From assembly GCA_965277285.1 (NCBI GenBank), contig OZ255721.1, positions 576,001 to 640,000 of the forward strand: 64,000 nt of DNA. The letters are read 5' to 3'. The notes beneath the pieces were generated by a model. That model was not told the DNA's origin. It saw only the letters and a program-made list of their open reading frames with translations, and searched no databases. Source of the stretch: Abditibacteriaceae bacterium (GTDB taxonomy: Bacteria > Armatimonadota > Abditibacteriia > Abditibacteriales > Abditibacteriaceae). The position numbers and the translations under genes are program-made. Shown here one piece after another: positions 30,427 to 39,822 of the stretch; the first letter of the stretch is position 1; every line of letters begins with the position of its first letter.

Positions 30427-30726
30427 ATGGCTTGGGCGACTTTCCACATCGAAAAACTGAAGAAGGGCGAAGCGGTTTCTTTTCGTCCGCGCGGCGGTTC
30501 GATGAAAGGCAAAATCGAATCGGGGCAACTTTGCACGGTTGAGCCAGTCAATATCGAAACGCTGCAAATCGGTGACATCGTGTTGTGCAAAGTGCGCGGC
30601 GCCGAGTATTTGCATTTAGTCAAAGCAATGCGCGGCAGGCAATTTCAAATTGGCAACAATCGCGGCGGCATCAACGGCTGGATTGGCGCGAACGCGATTT
30701 TCGGCAAATGCACGAAAGTTGAGTGA
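30427..30726 (+). CDS. Small S24/S26 peptidase-fold-like protein
   Basis: PRGGSM..GDIVLCKV..LHLVK pattern. ATG directly after the gcvPA stop. Confidence 0.6.
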   Translation: MAWATFHIEKLKKGEAVSFRPRGGSMKGKIESGQLCTVEPVNIETLQIGDIVLCKVRGAEYLHLVKAMRGRQFQIGNNRGGINGWIGANAIFGKCTKVE

Positions 30727-30756
30727 TTGCGCGCGGTTCGTTAAAACACCCTCTTA

Positions 30757-31613
30757 GAGGGTGTATAGGAAAGGGTTAGACTTACATTTATGAAACGCCA
30801 GAGCTATCCCAGTGATTTGAGCGAGGCACAATGGCAAGTGCTGCGCCCTTTGATCGAGCCACAGCGTGCGCGCGGTACGCGCAGGCTTTACGCCCAACGC
30901 GAGATCGTCAACGCTTTGTTGTATCAGTTGACCAACGGCTGCTCGTGGCGTGCTTTGCCTCACGATTTTCCGCCTTACACTGTGGTTTGGTATCACTTCC
31001 GGCGCTGGCGTGACAACGGCACTCTCGAAGGTATCCACAGTTCGTTGCGTTCTCAAGTGCGCCAGGCCGATGGACGGGATGAGGCGCCCAGCGCAGCGAT
31101 TCTGGACAGCCAGAGCGTCAAAACCACAGAAAAAGGGGGCCAAAAGGCTTTGATGCAGCCAAGAAAATAAAAGGGCGCAAGCGTCATATTCTAGTGGATA
31201 CCAACGGCTTGTTGTTGCAAGTGTGTGTTCATGCTGCCAACGTTCAAGAGCGTGACGGAGCCAAATTACTTTTGCAAGACAAAGCCCTGTGGCGCTTTCC
31301 TTCACAACGTTTGCAGTTGATTTGGGCGGATGCAGGCTACTGGGGACACAAGTTCGCGGCTTGGGTGCGAGAAAACTGTGGCGTTGCGCTCCGAGTGATA
31401 AGCCGCAATGCCCTGGTGAACCGTCAATATGAAAACAAAGGCTACGTGCCGTTGCCGCGTCGCTGGGTTGTCGAAAGAACTTTTGCATGGTTGGGAAGAT
31501 GTCGAAGGCTTTCAAAAGACTATGAGCAAAATGTCAAATCAAGTGAAACCTGGATTTATCTCGCCATGATCCGGCTTATGCTCCGAAGGCTTGCGTGATT
31601 CCTATACACCCTC
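30757..31613 (+). mobile_element. IS5-family insertion sequence (IS427/IS1031-like), about 857 bp
   Basis: 15-bp terminal IRs GAGGGTGTATAGGAA / TTCCTATACACCCTC enclosing a split transposase. Confidence 0.92.
30790..31598 (+). CDS. IS5 transposase in two ORFs joined by a probable -1 frameshift
   Basis: [37 protein letters not shown]5G5 run at 31130-31139. ORFB DTNGL, ADAGY and [19 protein letters not shown]. Confidence 0.9.
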
Positions 31614-31734
31614 TCAGAATCATTTTGCAAAGTAGAAAACAGCGTTAGAAAGTGGAAGTTTGCAAACGGGTTCTAAGCGTTTCTCTATGTTCTTTGTATC
31701 TCCGTGGTTTTAATTCCGTTATCGAGTACTCGAA

Positions 31735-32466
31735 ATGAACATCGAACCTTTGAACATCCAGCAATATCGAAACATCGTGATTTTGACGGGCGCGGGCGTC
31801 AGCGCGGCTTCGGGCGTGCCGACGTTTCGCGGCGCGGGCGGTTTGTGGAACGATGAAGAAGCGATCTGGGTTTCGGAGGCCGACAATCTGCCTGCGAGCT
31901 TGCCGCGCTTGTGGAACTTTTACGGCCCGTTGCGCGAAAAGATGGCACAAGTGCAGCCGAACGCCGCGCATTTCGCTTTGTCGAAATTGCAAAATGAAGC
32001 GGCGCAACGTGGACAAAACGTGACGCTCATCACACAAAACGTGGACGAATTGCATCAGCGCGCGGGAAGTTCGGCTGTCGTCGAACTACACGGAAGCCTG
32101 ATGAAATCGCGCTGCATGGAAGGATGTTCCGCACCGTTTGAAGACGCGCAATCACACGCCGGAGCCTTGCCGTTGTGCGAGAACTGCGGAGCGCCGTTAC
32201 GTCCCGATTTCGTCTTGTTCTCCGAAATGTTGCCGATTGGCGCGTTACAACGTTGCCGTCACGCGTTACGTTCGTGCGATTTGTTCCTGGCGATTGGCAC
32301 GTCCGGCACGGTTTCGCCCGCCTCTGAATTTGTCGCAGGCACCTCAATGATTGGAGCGCGCACCGTTTTAGTCAACCTTCATCCGATGACGCCGCGCAAC
32401 CCGTATTTCAAAACCGAAGTGCTGGGACGCGCCGAAGAAACCTTGCCGCAGTTGTTCGGCTTCTAA
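31735..32466 (+). CDS. cobB: Sir2-family NAD-dependent deacylase
   Basis: LTGAGVSAASGVPTFRG, PNAAH, ITQNVDELHQRAG, ELHGS, zinc-binding Cys residues and IGTSG. Confidence 0.92.
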   Translation: MNIEPLNIQQYRNIVILTGAGVSAASGVPTFRGAGGLWNDEEAIWVSEADNLPASLPRLWNFYGPLREKMAQVQPNAAHFALSKLQNEAAQRGQNVTLITQNVDELHQRAGSSAVVELHGSLMKSRCMEGCSAPFEDAQSHAGALPLCENCGAPLRPDFVLFSEMLPIGALQRCRHALRSCDLFLAIGTSGTVSPASEFVAGTSMIGARTVLVNLHPMTPRNPYFKTEVLGRAEETLPQLFGF

Positions 32467-32597
32467 ATCGAGTACTCGATACTTCCGGCGGATAATTCCT
32501 ATAACTCTGGAATTTTCCTCGAATTGCTGCTTTTCTCTTGAATTGATATTGTCACCATCTTAAAATTAACAATATCAATTCGACAGTGAGGCGCGCG

Positions 32598-34100
32598 ATG
32601 GTTTTCAGTTCACAGATTTTCTTGTTTGGCTTTCTACCGTTGGCGCTGGCGATTTATTACGCGTTTTCGTGGTCGTCGCAGCGCGTGCAGAACGGCGTGC
32701 TGGCGTTGTTGGGTTACGTGTTTTATGGCTGGGCGGAGCCGCGTTTTGTGGTATTGATGTTCGCCACAACGTTTGTGGACTGGATGTTCAGCCTGGTGGT
32801 GGCCAGCGATTCGTGGCGTTTTTGGCAGGCGTGGCGTCGTCCGATTGAAGCGTTGCCGCGCGGCGAAGCACGAACGCGACGGCAGAAGAGCGCGCTGGCG
32901 TGTTCGGTAATTTCCAACCTGGCTGTACTGGGATTTTTCAAGTATGGCAACTTCGCGTTGAGTTCGTTCGATGCGGTTTTTTCACGCGGGCATTTGTCGT
33001 TGCAAGCGTTGCATATCGCGTTGCCTTTGGGAATTAGTTTCTATACCTTTCAGTCGCTGTCGTATACGATTGACGTGTATCGCGGCGAGGCGAGCGCGAT
33101 GACCAACTTCGTTGATTTCTCGTGCTTCGTTTCGATGTTTCCTCATCTGGTGGCAGGACCGATTTTGAAGTTTTCGTTTCTGGCCGAGCAACTGCGATTT
33201 CGTAGGGCAACAACCGAAAAGTTCGCGCGTGGCATAGCGTTTTTCTCGCTCGGACTGGCCAAGAAGATTTTGCTGGCGAACGTTTGCGCTCAAGTTGCGG
33301 ATGCAGCCTTTGGAGCGGGTTCATTGTCGCCGCAACAAGCATGGCTGGGCGCGATTGCTTACGCATTTCAAATCTTCTTCGACTTCAGTGGCTATTCCGA
33401 TATGGCGATTGGACTTGGATTGATGCTGGGTTTCATGTTCGCGCGCAATTTCCAGTCGCCTTATCGTGCAACTTCGGTGAGCAATTTCTGGCGGCGCTGG
33501 CATATTTCGCTTTCGACTTGGCTACGCGAATACCTTTACATTCCTCTGGGCGGCAATCGGCGTGGCGAAACGCGCACTTACTTCAACTTGTTCGTGGTCA
33601 TGTTGTTGGGCGGTTTGTGGCACGGTGCGAGTTGGAATTTTGTGATCTGGGGCGCTTTGCACGGCGGCGCTCTGGCGATGGAACGCGCTTTTGGACGCTG
33701 GAGAACAGGACGCTGGAGAACGGGACGTGTGCTTTCGAGTACTCGAAACGCTGTCTTCACGCGTTTGATGGGACAAACGGCGACGTTCTGCTTTGTCGTT
33801 CTCGCGTGGGTTTTCTTTCTAGAGGACAGTTTGCCGCACGCCGTTTTTTACGTGGGAAGCATGATGGGTTTGGAACACGTTGGAGTGAGCGCGCAGTTGT
33901 TAAACGCAACGATGATGGCGCCACAAGCGGTTTGGGGCTTGATAGTGGCTGGACTTTGTGTGTGGGTTTTGCCCGGTACGTGGGAATGGACGCAGCGTTT
34001 GACGTGGCCGCGCGCGGCTTTTTGTACATCGGTTTTGTGGCTGTCGCTACTTGTAATGGCGACGCAAACCTACAGCCCTTTTATCTATTTCGTGTTTTAA
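32598..34100 (+). CDS. MBOAT O-acyltransferase (AlgI/DltB-like)
   Basis: LGFFKY, LPLGISFYTFQ, FPHLVAGPI, QIFFDFSGYSDMAIG, FWRRWHISLSTWLREYLYIPLGG and GLWHGA. Confidence 0.93.
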   Translation: MVFSSQIFLFGFLPLALAIYYAFSWSSQRVQNGVLALLGYVFYGWAEPRFVVLMFATTFVDWMFSLVVASDSWRFWQAWRRPIEALPRGEARTRRQKSALACSVISNLAVLGFFKYGNFALSSFDAVFSRGHLSLQALHIALPLGISFYTFQSLSYTIDVYRGEASAMTNFVDFSCFVSMFPHLVAGPILKFSFLAEQLRFRRATTEKFARGIAFFSLGLAKKILLANVCAQVADAAFGAGSLSPQQAWLGAIAYAFQIFFDFSGYSDMAIGLGLMLGFMFARNFQSPYRATSVSNFWRRWHISLSTWLREYLYIPLGGNRRGETRTYFNLFVVMLLGGLWHGASWNFVIWGALHGGALAMERAFGRWRTGRWRTGRVLSSTRNAVFTRLMGQTATFCFVVLAWVFFLEDSLPHAVFYVGSMMGLEHVGVSAQLLNATMMAPQAVWGLIVAGLCVWVLPGTWEWTQRLTWPRAAFCTSVLWLSLLVMATQTYSPFIYFVF

Positions 34101-34246
34101 GAATCAGTCCAAGAAAGGGAACACGGCGGCTTTGCCGTCGCGGATCGGCATGGATTTTATTTGATTTATGTTTTTTAGATCCGTGTTCATCGGTGTCGCG
34201 CAGCGCCGTGTTCCATGTTTTGAGCTGATTCCAAGAGGAGAAAACG

Positions 34247-35521
34247 ATGGCACGAACACATTTGACAACTGAACGTGAAGACGAAGCGGCGGCGATGCTT
34301 TCGAGTACTCGATTTGCGCGCGGCGTCGCACCGGCGTTGGTGGCGGCATTTTTGGGAACGATGTTGATTGTTCCAGGCGCGCAAGAAATGGCGCGTCGGA
34401 GAAGCGAAAAAGAAGCGCGCCCGAGCGTTTTTCATTCGAGCCTTTTGCCGCTACCCAAAATGACAACGTGGCCGACAATTCCCAGCGGACAAGAATTGCG
34501 CGCTTTTGAAAATCGGCTGCAGGACAATTCCGTTGTTTTTGCGAATCTGCGACCACGCACGCAATGGATGATGACGCGCTACCTGCGCGCGGGCAACGGC
34601 CAAGTTCTCATCGGGGCCGACAACTGGCTGTTTTACGATCCCGAAGTGCGCGCCATTACGATGCGCGGTTTTCGCGTCAACACAATGCGGACTACCGCGA
34701 ATTCAACGCAGAACGCGGTGCGCAACGATGAGGACGAACGTCACGATTCAATTCCTGCGATTGTACATCTGCGCGACCAACTGACGTCGCGCGGCGTCGC
34801 TTTGGTTGTGATGCCAATTCCCGTCAAAGCGACGATTTATCCTGAAAAGTTGTGGCCGTCTTATCAAAACTCTGCGACGTTGCCACAAAATGCGTCCTTT
34901 GGAAAGTGGAAACGAGCGTTGCAAAATCATGGCGTTCGAGTACTCGATGTGGCGCCGGATTTGTTGAACGCAAAACAACGCGGCGAAAGCGTTTTCGTCC
35001 CGACCGACACGCATTGGACGCCGCGCGGCGCCGAAGTCGCGGCGCAAAAACTGGGCGAATTGATCGCACAAACGGCGCAACTCCCGCAACGAGAGCCGAT
35101 CAATTTTGTGCGACATTCATCAAGCGGAGCGGCGCCAGACGATTTAGTGCGCGTTTTAGGTTTGCCTCCCAGTCAAACGTTGTTTCCACGACACACGATT
35201 GCATGGAACGCGGTTTATACGCCGTCTGGCAAGTTGTGCCAGGCGCAACAGAACGCCGATATCTTGGTGTTGGGCGATAGTTTTACGGGCATTTACGCGA
35301 ACGGCGGCGCCTCGCTTCCGCAGCAACTTGGTTTCGTATTGAAGCGTCCGGTCGATTGGCTGGCGGTTCCCAATGGCGGTTCTTATCTGTCGCGTTTGAA
35401 ACTGGTTCAGGAAGCGGCGCATAGACACGATCATTTGCGCGGCAAACGCCTGGTGGTTTTAGAATTCACCGTGCGCGACTTGTGTTTCGGCGATTGGCGC
35501 GTCCTCAATTTGCCGCAATGA
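34247..35521 (+). CDS. AlgJ/AlgX-like SGNH O-acetyltransferase
   Basis: N-terminal TM, GADNWLFY, PVKATIYPEKL, TDTHWT and VLGDSF. Lies downstream of the MBOAT gene. Confidence 0.85.
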   Translation: MARTHLTTEREDEAAAMLSSTRFARGVAPALVAAFLGTMLIVPGAQEMARRRSEKEARPSVFHSSLLPLPKMTTWPTIPSGQELRAFENRLQDNSVVFANLRPRTQWMMTRYLRAGNGQVLIGADNWLFYDPEVRAITMRGFRVNTMRTTANSTQNAVRNDEDERHDSIPAIVHLRDQLTSRGVALVVMPIPVKATIYPEKLWPSYQNSATLPQNASFGKWKRALQNHGVRVLDVAPDLLNAKQRGESVFVPTDTHWTPRGAEVAAQKLGELIAQTAQLPQREPINFVRHSSSGAAPDDLVRVLGLPPSQTLFPRHTIAWNAVYTPSGKLCQAQQNADILVLGDSFTGIYANGGASLPQQLGFVLKRPVDWLAVPNGGSYLSRLKLVQEAAHRHDHLRGKRLVVLEFTVRDLCFGDWRVLNLPQ

Positions 35522-35566
35522 AGCCGCTGCGTTACATTGAAGTGCAGTATAAATTCGAGTACTCGA

Positions 35567-36034
35567 ATGAACGATTTTCTTGCGATGTGGAATTCAATGT
35601 CAACTTGGGGAAAGGTTTTCTTTTCATTCGTGATGCTTGGGGGCGCAGGCTTTGTGTGTTATTGGTTTACGCTGCTTTTCTCTTCTCTCTTACTTTACCG
35701 ACCGTTTAAGGCGTTATAAGGAGGAACTTCGTTCTCACCATCCCCGATTGCTGGAATCTCTTGCGAGCCAGACGGCGTTTGCAAAGGTTGCCACAACGCT
35801 TACAAGAACCTTTGGACAGACCGCTTCCTGTTGAAAATCTCGTGCGACGTGGAACGAGTTCATCATCTCAAACAGAGGCGATGAAGACGCAACTCTGGCA
35901 CAGAAAAAACAAGCCGTTCGACCTATCTGGAGTTTTCAGATCAGGGTTCAAAGAATCGCTTTGGCTTTCTGGCTTCTGGGGCTGCTCGGAGTGCCAGGTA
36001 TGGCTTACGGCATCACTAAATTTGGACATCCATA
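35567..36034 (+). pseudogene. Possible degraded membrane-protein gene
   Basis: ATG directly after the palindrome gives MNDFLAMWNSMSTWGKVFF plus a TM segment, stopping at 35719. Protein-like fragments continue in shifted frames to ..GVPGMAYGITKFGHP*. Confidence 0.35.
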
Positions 36035-36043
36035 ACTTTTCTT

Positions 36044-37555
36044 ATGCACGAACCTCTTCTTTTTGAACTGTCGGACGAAGGTCAAATCAACGATTATTTG
36101 CCGCCGTGCGACGTGCCCGAAACCGCTTTCGAGTACTCGATTCGCGGCGAATTGCCTTTGCCGGAAGTCGATGAACACACGCTGGTGCGGCATTTTACGC
36201 GACTTTCGCAGCAAAACTTCAGCATCGATACCGAATTTTATCCGCTCGGTTCGTGCACCATGAAATACAATCCCAAGCTGAACGAAATGGTTGCCAGCCT
36301 TCCAGGTTTCGCCAGCGTTCATCCTTTGCAGCCGACTTCGACAACGCAAGGCTGGCTTCAAGTGTTGTTTGAAGCGCAGCAAACTTTGGCTAAAATCGCC
36401 GGTTTGGACGCCGCCACAGTGCAGCCTTTGGCGGGCGCGCAAGGCGAATTTTGCGGATTGTTGATGATTCGCCAATACCACGAAAGTCGCGCCAAAGAAA
36501 GCGGACAATCGAGTACTCGAACGCGCATTGTCGTCCCCGATTCGGCGCATGGCACCAATCCGGCGAGCGCGGCGCGTTGCGGTTATTCCGTCACCAGCGT
36601 CGCGTCCGATGTTCACGGCTGCGTCGATCTGGAAGCGATGCGCCAGGCGTTGGGCGAAGATGTCGCGGCGGTGATGATCACTAATCCGAACACGCTGGGC
36701 GTTTTCGAGAAGGACATTCAACGTTTGTGCGAAATGGCGCACGAAGTGGGCGCGCTGGTTTATATGGATGGCGCCAATATGAACGCGATTTTGGGGCAGG
36801 CGCGCCCCGGCGATATGGGCGTTGATGTGATGCACTTCAACGTTCACAAAACGTTTTCCACGCCGCACGGCGGAGGCGGGCCGGGCGCTGGCCCAGTCGC
36901 GGTGCGCCAGATTCTCGAACCGTTTTTGCCCACGCCGCACGTTGTCAAAAACGAAAACGCCTACGCTTTTGATTTGGACAGGCCGCAAAGCATTGGGCGT
37001 TTGCATGGTTTTTATGGCAATGCGGGAATCATTTTGCGCGCCCTGACGTACATCTTGCGGCACGGCGACAGCGGCTTGAAACAGATTTCCGAAGACGCGG
37101 TTTTATCGGCCAATTACATTCTGGCGCGCCTGCGCGGAACTTACGCGACGGCCAACGAGCAATTTTGTAAGCACGAATGCGTGCTTTCGGCCAGCGAGTT
37201 GAAAACGAAATACGGCGTGACGGCCTGGGATATCGCCAAGCGTTTGCCGGATTATGGTTTTCATGCGCCGACGGTCTATTTCCCGACCATTGTCAAAGAA
37301 TCGATGATGATTGAGCCAACCGAAACCGAAACCAAAGCCACGCTGGACGCTTTTTGCGACGCCATGATTTCGATTGCCGAAGAAGCCGCCGAAAATCCCG
37401 ATTTGCTGCATCACGCGCCGCACACTTTGCAAGTTGGAAGGTTGGATGAAGCGAACGCGGCGCGCTGCCTCAATTTGTGCTGGACGGCTGACAATCGAGT
37501 ACTCGAAAGCGATGGCAACGCCAAACGCGAAGTGCCGCAATCTTCAACGTATTGA
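36044..37555 (+). CDS. gcvPB: Glycine dehydrogenase subunit 2
   Basis: YPLGSCTMKYNPK, QPLAGAQGE, PDSAHGTNPASA, YMDGANMNA and PLP-lysine motif NVHKTFSTPHGGGGPG. Confidence 0.96.
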   Translation: MHEPLLFELSDEGQINDYLPPCDVPETAFEYSIRGELPLPEVDEHTLVRHFTRLSQQNFSIDTEFYPLGSCTMKYNPKLNEMVASLPGFASVHPLQPTSTTQGWLQVLFEAQQTLAKIAGLDAATVQPLAGAQGEFCGLLMIRQYHESRAKESGQSSTRTRIVVPDSAHGTNPASAARCGYSVTSVASDVHGCVDLEAMRQALGEDVAAVMITNPNTLGVFEKDIQRLCEMAHEVGALVYMDGANMNAILGQARPGDMGVDVMHFNVHKTFSTPHGGGGPGAGPVAVRQILEPFLPTPHVVKNENAYAFDLDRPQSIGRLHGFYGNAGIILRALTYILRHGDSGLKQISEDAVLSANYILARLRGTYATANEQFCKHECVLSASELKTKYGVTAWDIAKRLPDYGFHAPTVYFPTIVKESMMIEPTETETKATLDAFCDAMISIAEEAAENPDLLHHAPHTLQVGRLDEANAARCLNLCWTADNRVLESDGNAKREVPQSSTY

Positions 37556-37684
37556 GGCCGATGGGCAAAGAGCGAAGCCGAAGGCGCATCTGTGGAGAGC
37601 GATAGATAATCTCGTGCAACAACTTTTGAACACGCAAAGCGTGACAGGAAAGACGTTTAGAATCGAGTACTCGAATGAAAACTT

Positions 37685-38266
37685 ATGAGCGAAACAAACA
37701 ATAGCGAAGAAACCGTTGATAATCCGGCGTTGTGTCATGCGATTGAACGCAACATCCGCACGGTTCATCGCTTACGGGCGCACGCTTCGCGCGGACGTGG
37801 CATGGAAGAGCGCGCGGCGGACGGCATCACCGAGTTTTCGGGGCGCATGGTTTTCGTCTATGTCCACGCCATCTGGTTCATCGTCTGGCTGGCGCTCAAT
37901 ACCGGACATCTGGGTATCAAGCCGTTCGATCCGTATCCGTATCAACTGCTGACAATGATCGTTTCGCTCGAAGCGATTTTCCTTTCGACCTTCGTTCTTA
38001 TTTCACAAAACCGCTTGAGCGAAGAAGCTGACAAGCGCGCCGAACTCGATCTGCACATCGGGCTTTTGACCGAACATGAACTGACGCGCGTCTTGAAAAT
38101 GCTGGACGAAATTCAGGACAAGTTGGGCATTCCCAACGACGATGACGAACTGATGGAACTCGAAAAAGAAACGCGTCCCGAAGACGTTCTCGAAGAAATC
38201 CAGCGCGCCAACGAACGCTACATCAAGCGCAAACGCGGCCAACGCGCACCATCGAGTAATCGATAA
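37685..38266 (+). CDS. DUF1003 membrane protein
   Basis: FDPYPYQLLTMIVSLEAIFLSTFVLISQNR. Confidence 0.9.
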   Translation: MSETNNSEETVDNPALCHAIERNIRTVHRLRAHASRGRGMEERAADGITEFSGRMVFVYVHAIWFIVWLALNTGHLGIKPFDPYPYQLLTMIVSLEAIFLSTFVLISQNRLSEEADKRAELDLHIGLLTEHELTRVLKMLDEIQDKLGIPNDDDELMELEKETRPEDVLEEIQRANERYIKRKRGQRAPSSNR

Positions 38267-38359
38267 CAAAACGAACCCGAAGCGTGAGCGACGGCCTTGA
38301 GTAGAAGTCAAATGTGACTATTACTAAGCCCGTCGCTCACGCTTCGGGTTCGTTTTGTT
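38265..38359. repeat. REPIN-like inverted pair, family A
   Basis: AACAAAACGAACCCGAAGCGTGAGCGACGG ... CCGTCGCTCACGCTTCGGGTTCGTTTTGTT. Confidence 0.85.
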
Positions 38360-38364
38360 GTGAA

Positions 38365-39498
38365 TTAGTTATTGAAAACGTCTTGCGGTAAGCCCAACAA
38401 CGGCAGCAAATCGTTGCCCGCGCCGTAACTTCCCAGCCACGCGATTTGTTCGTCGCTGATGTCGCGCGCGCGCAATTCTTCGATGACGTCCAGTTCCAAA
38501 TCGGGAACATAGCAGCGCAACATGACGAGCGGTTCGCTTCCCTGCGGCTCGATGTGAGTACTCAAACCGGCAGGAATCAACAACGATTCGCCGCGTTTTG
38601 CTGTGACCGTTTCATTGCCGCCGGAGAAACTCGCGGCGCCGCCGATCAGCGTCCACGTATTGAAACGCGCCGCGCCGTCGTCAAAATCGAATGCGGTGCG
38701 CGTCGTCCAGCGTTCCAGCACAAAATATTTGCAGGCGGCGCAGAACGTGCGCTCGGTTCCGCGCTCGTCAATCGTGACGTATTTGGTTTGCTCTTGCTGA
38801 CCATCTTCGTAAAGCGCGCATTCAATCGCGTTCTTCTTATGCGGCTCGACATCTTCCTTCGGAATAACGCCAGCTTCAACGAAACCCGCCCAATCCCAGC
38901 CAAAACCGGCGTCCGAGTTTTGCTGGATTTCAAACGCCAGATTGCCCGCGTCCAAGCCGTGCAAGCGTCCCGGCGGCACGAAATAGGTCTCGTCGGTCGT
39001 CGTCGGCACTTTCTTCATCACGCCGTCGTAAGCATCATTGCGATCAATCGCCGCGCGGAACTTTTCCGGCGTCATACCAGGAAGTGTTCCCGTGTAAGCC
39101 GCCGCACCCTGGTCGGCTTTCACGATGTACCACGCTTCGGTTTTGCCGGTGTCATTCATTCCCAAGCGCTCGGCGTTGGCGTCGTTCGGGTGCATGTGCG
39201 CGGGCAAACGCTTGTCGCAATCGAGAAACTTGAGCAGCAGCGGAAAATAATTGCCGTAGCGCGCCCAGATTTCTTCGCCGACTAACTCGGCTTGAAATTG
39301 CGTCATCAAGTCGTGCAAGGTTTTTCCGGCCAGCGGCCCGTTGACGACCGTCGATTGTTCTTCGCCATGATCCGCGACTTCCCACGTTTCGGCGATGTCG
39401 CGGTCGCGCGGAACATCAAGGTCGAGCACTTCGGCGAAACGTCGTCCGCCATATGGGTAAAACTTGAGAAACGGTTTGAACTTGAATGGATAAAGCAT
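38365..39498 (-). CDS. Class I mannose-6-phosphate isomerase-like cupin
   Basis: AETWE, FPLLLKFLD, HMHP, GKTEAWYI, PPGRLH and EIQQNSD. Confidence 0.82.
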   Translation of the reverse strand: MLYPFKFKPFLKFYPYGGRRFAEVLDLDVPRDRDIAETWEVADHGEEQSTVVNGPLAGKTLHDLMTQFQAELVGEEIWARYGNYFPLLLKFLDCDKRLPAHMHPNDANAERLGMNDTGKTEAWYIVKADQGAAAYTGTLPGMTPEKFRAAIDRNDAYDGVMKKVPTTTDETYFVPPGRLHGLDAGNLAFEIQQNSDAGFGWDWAGFVEAGVIPKEDVEPHKKNAIECALYEDGQQEQTKYVTIDERGTERTFCAACKYFVLERWTTRTAFDFDDGAARFNTWTLIGGAASFSGGNETVTAKRGESLLIPAGLSTHIEPQGSEPLVMLRCYVPDLELDVIEELRARDISDEQIAWLGSYGAGNDLLPLLGLPQDVFNN

Positions 39499-39521
39499 AA
39501 GCTACCTTCTGATTGTTTAAT

Positions 39522-39770
39522 CTAACTTTCGGCTCGACTTTTGAGAAATGTCATGGTGTACGCTCCAGCTATGGCGATGAAAATTGGAGCGAAGAATTCC
39601 AAGTTTGTGACAAAATGCATCGTAGCCTGATTAAGCGCCGAGAAGCCATGTAATGTTAGCTGGACACGAAGGAACAACACGCAAAGCGCAAACAAGACCG
39701 CAAACGAAACGATGTAAAATGCCACCATATAAACCAAGAAAACAACCATCTTCCTCAAGGAAATTACCAA
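39522..39770 (-). CDS. Small 2-TM hypothetical protein
   Basis: 82 aa hydrophobic ORF between pgi and the PMI-like gene. GGAG SD. Confidence 0.55.
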   Translation of the reverse strand: MVISLRKMVVFLVYMVAFYIVSFAVLFALCVLFLRVQLTLHGFSALNQATMHFVTNLEFFAPIFIAIAGAYTMTFLKSRAES

Positions 39771-39822
39771 TTGGTTCTCCTAATTGCATCAAGGTCTGGT
39801 GGCTATTACTCTCAGCGGCAGG

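Noticed and set aside
31130..31139. Split IS5 transposase as a pseudogene
   Set aside because: Two-ORF organisation with an A/G run at this position is normal for this IS5 subgroup.
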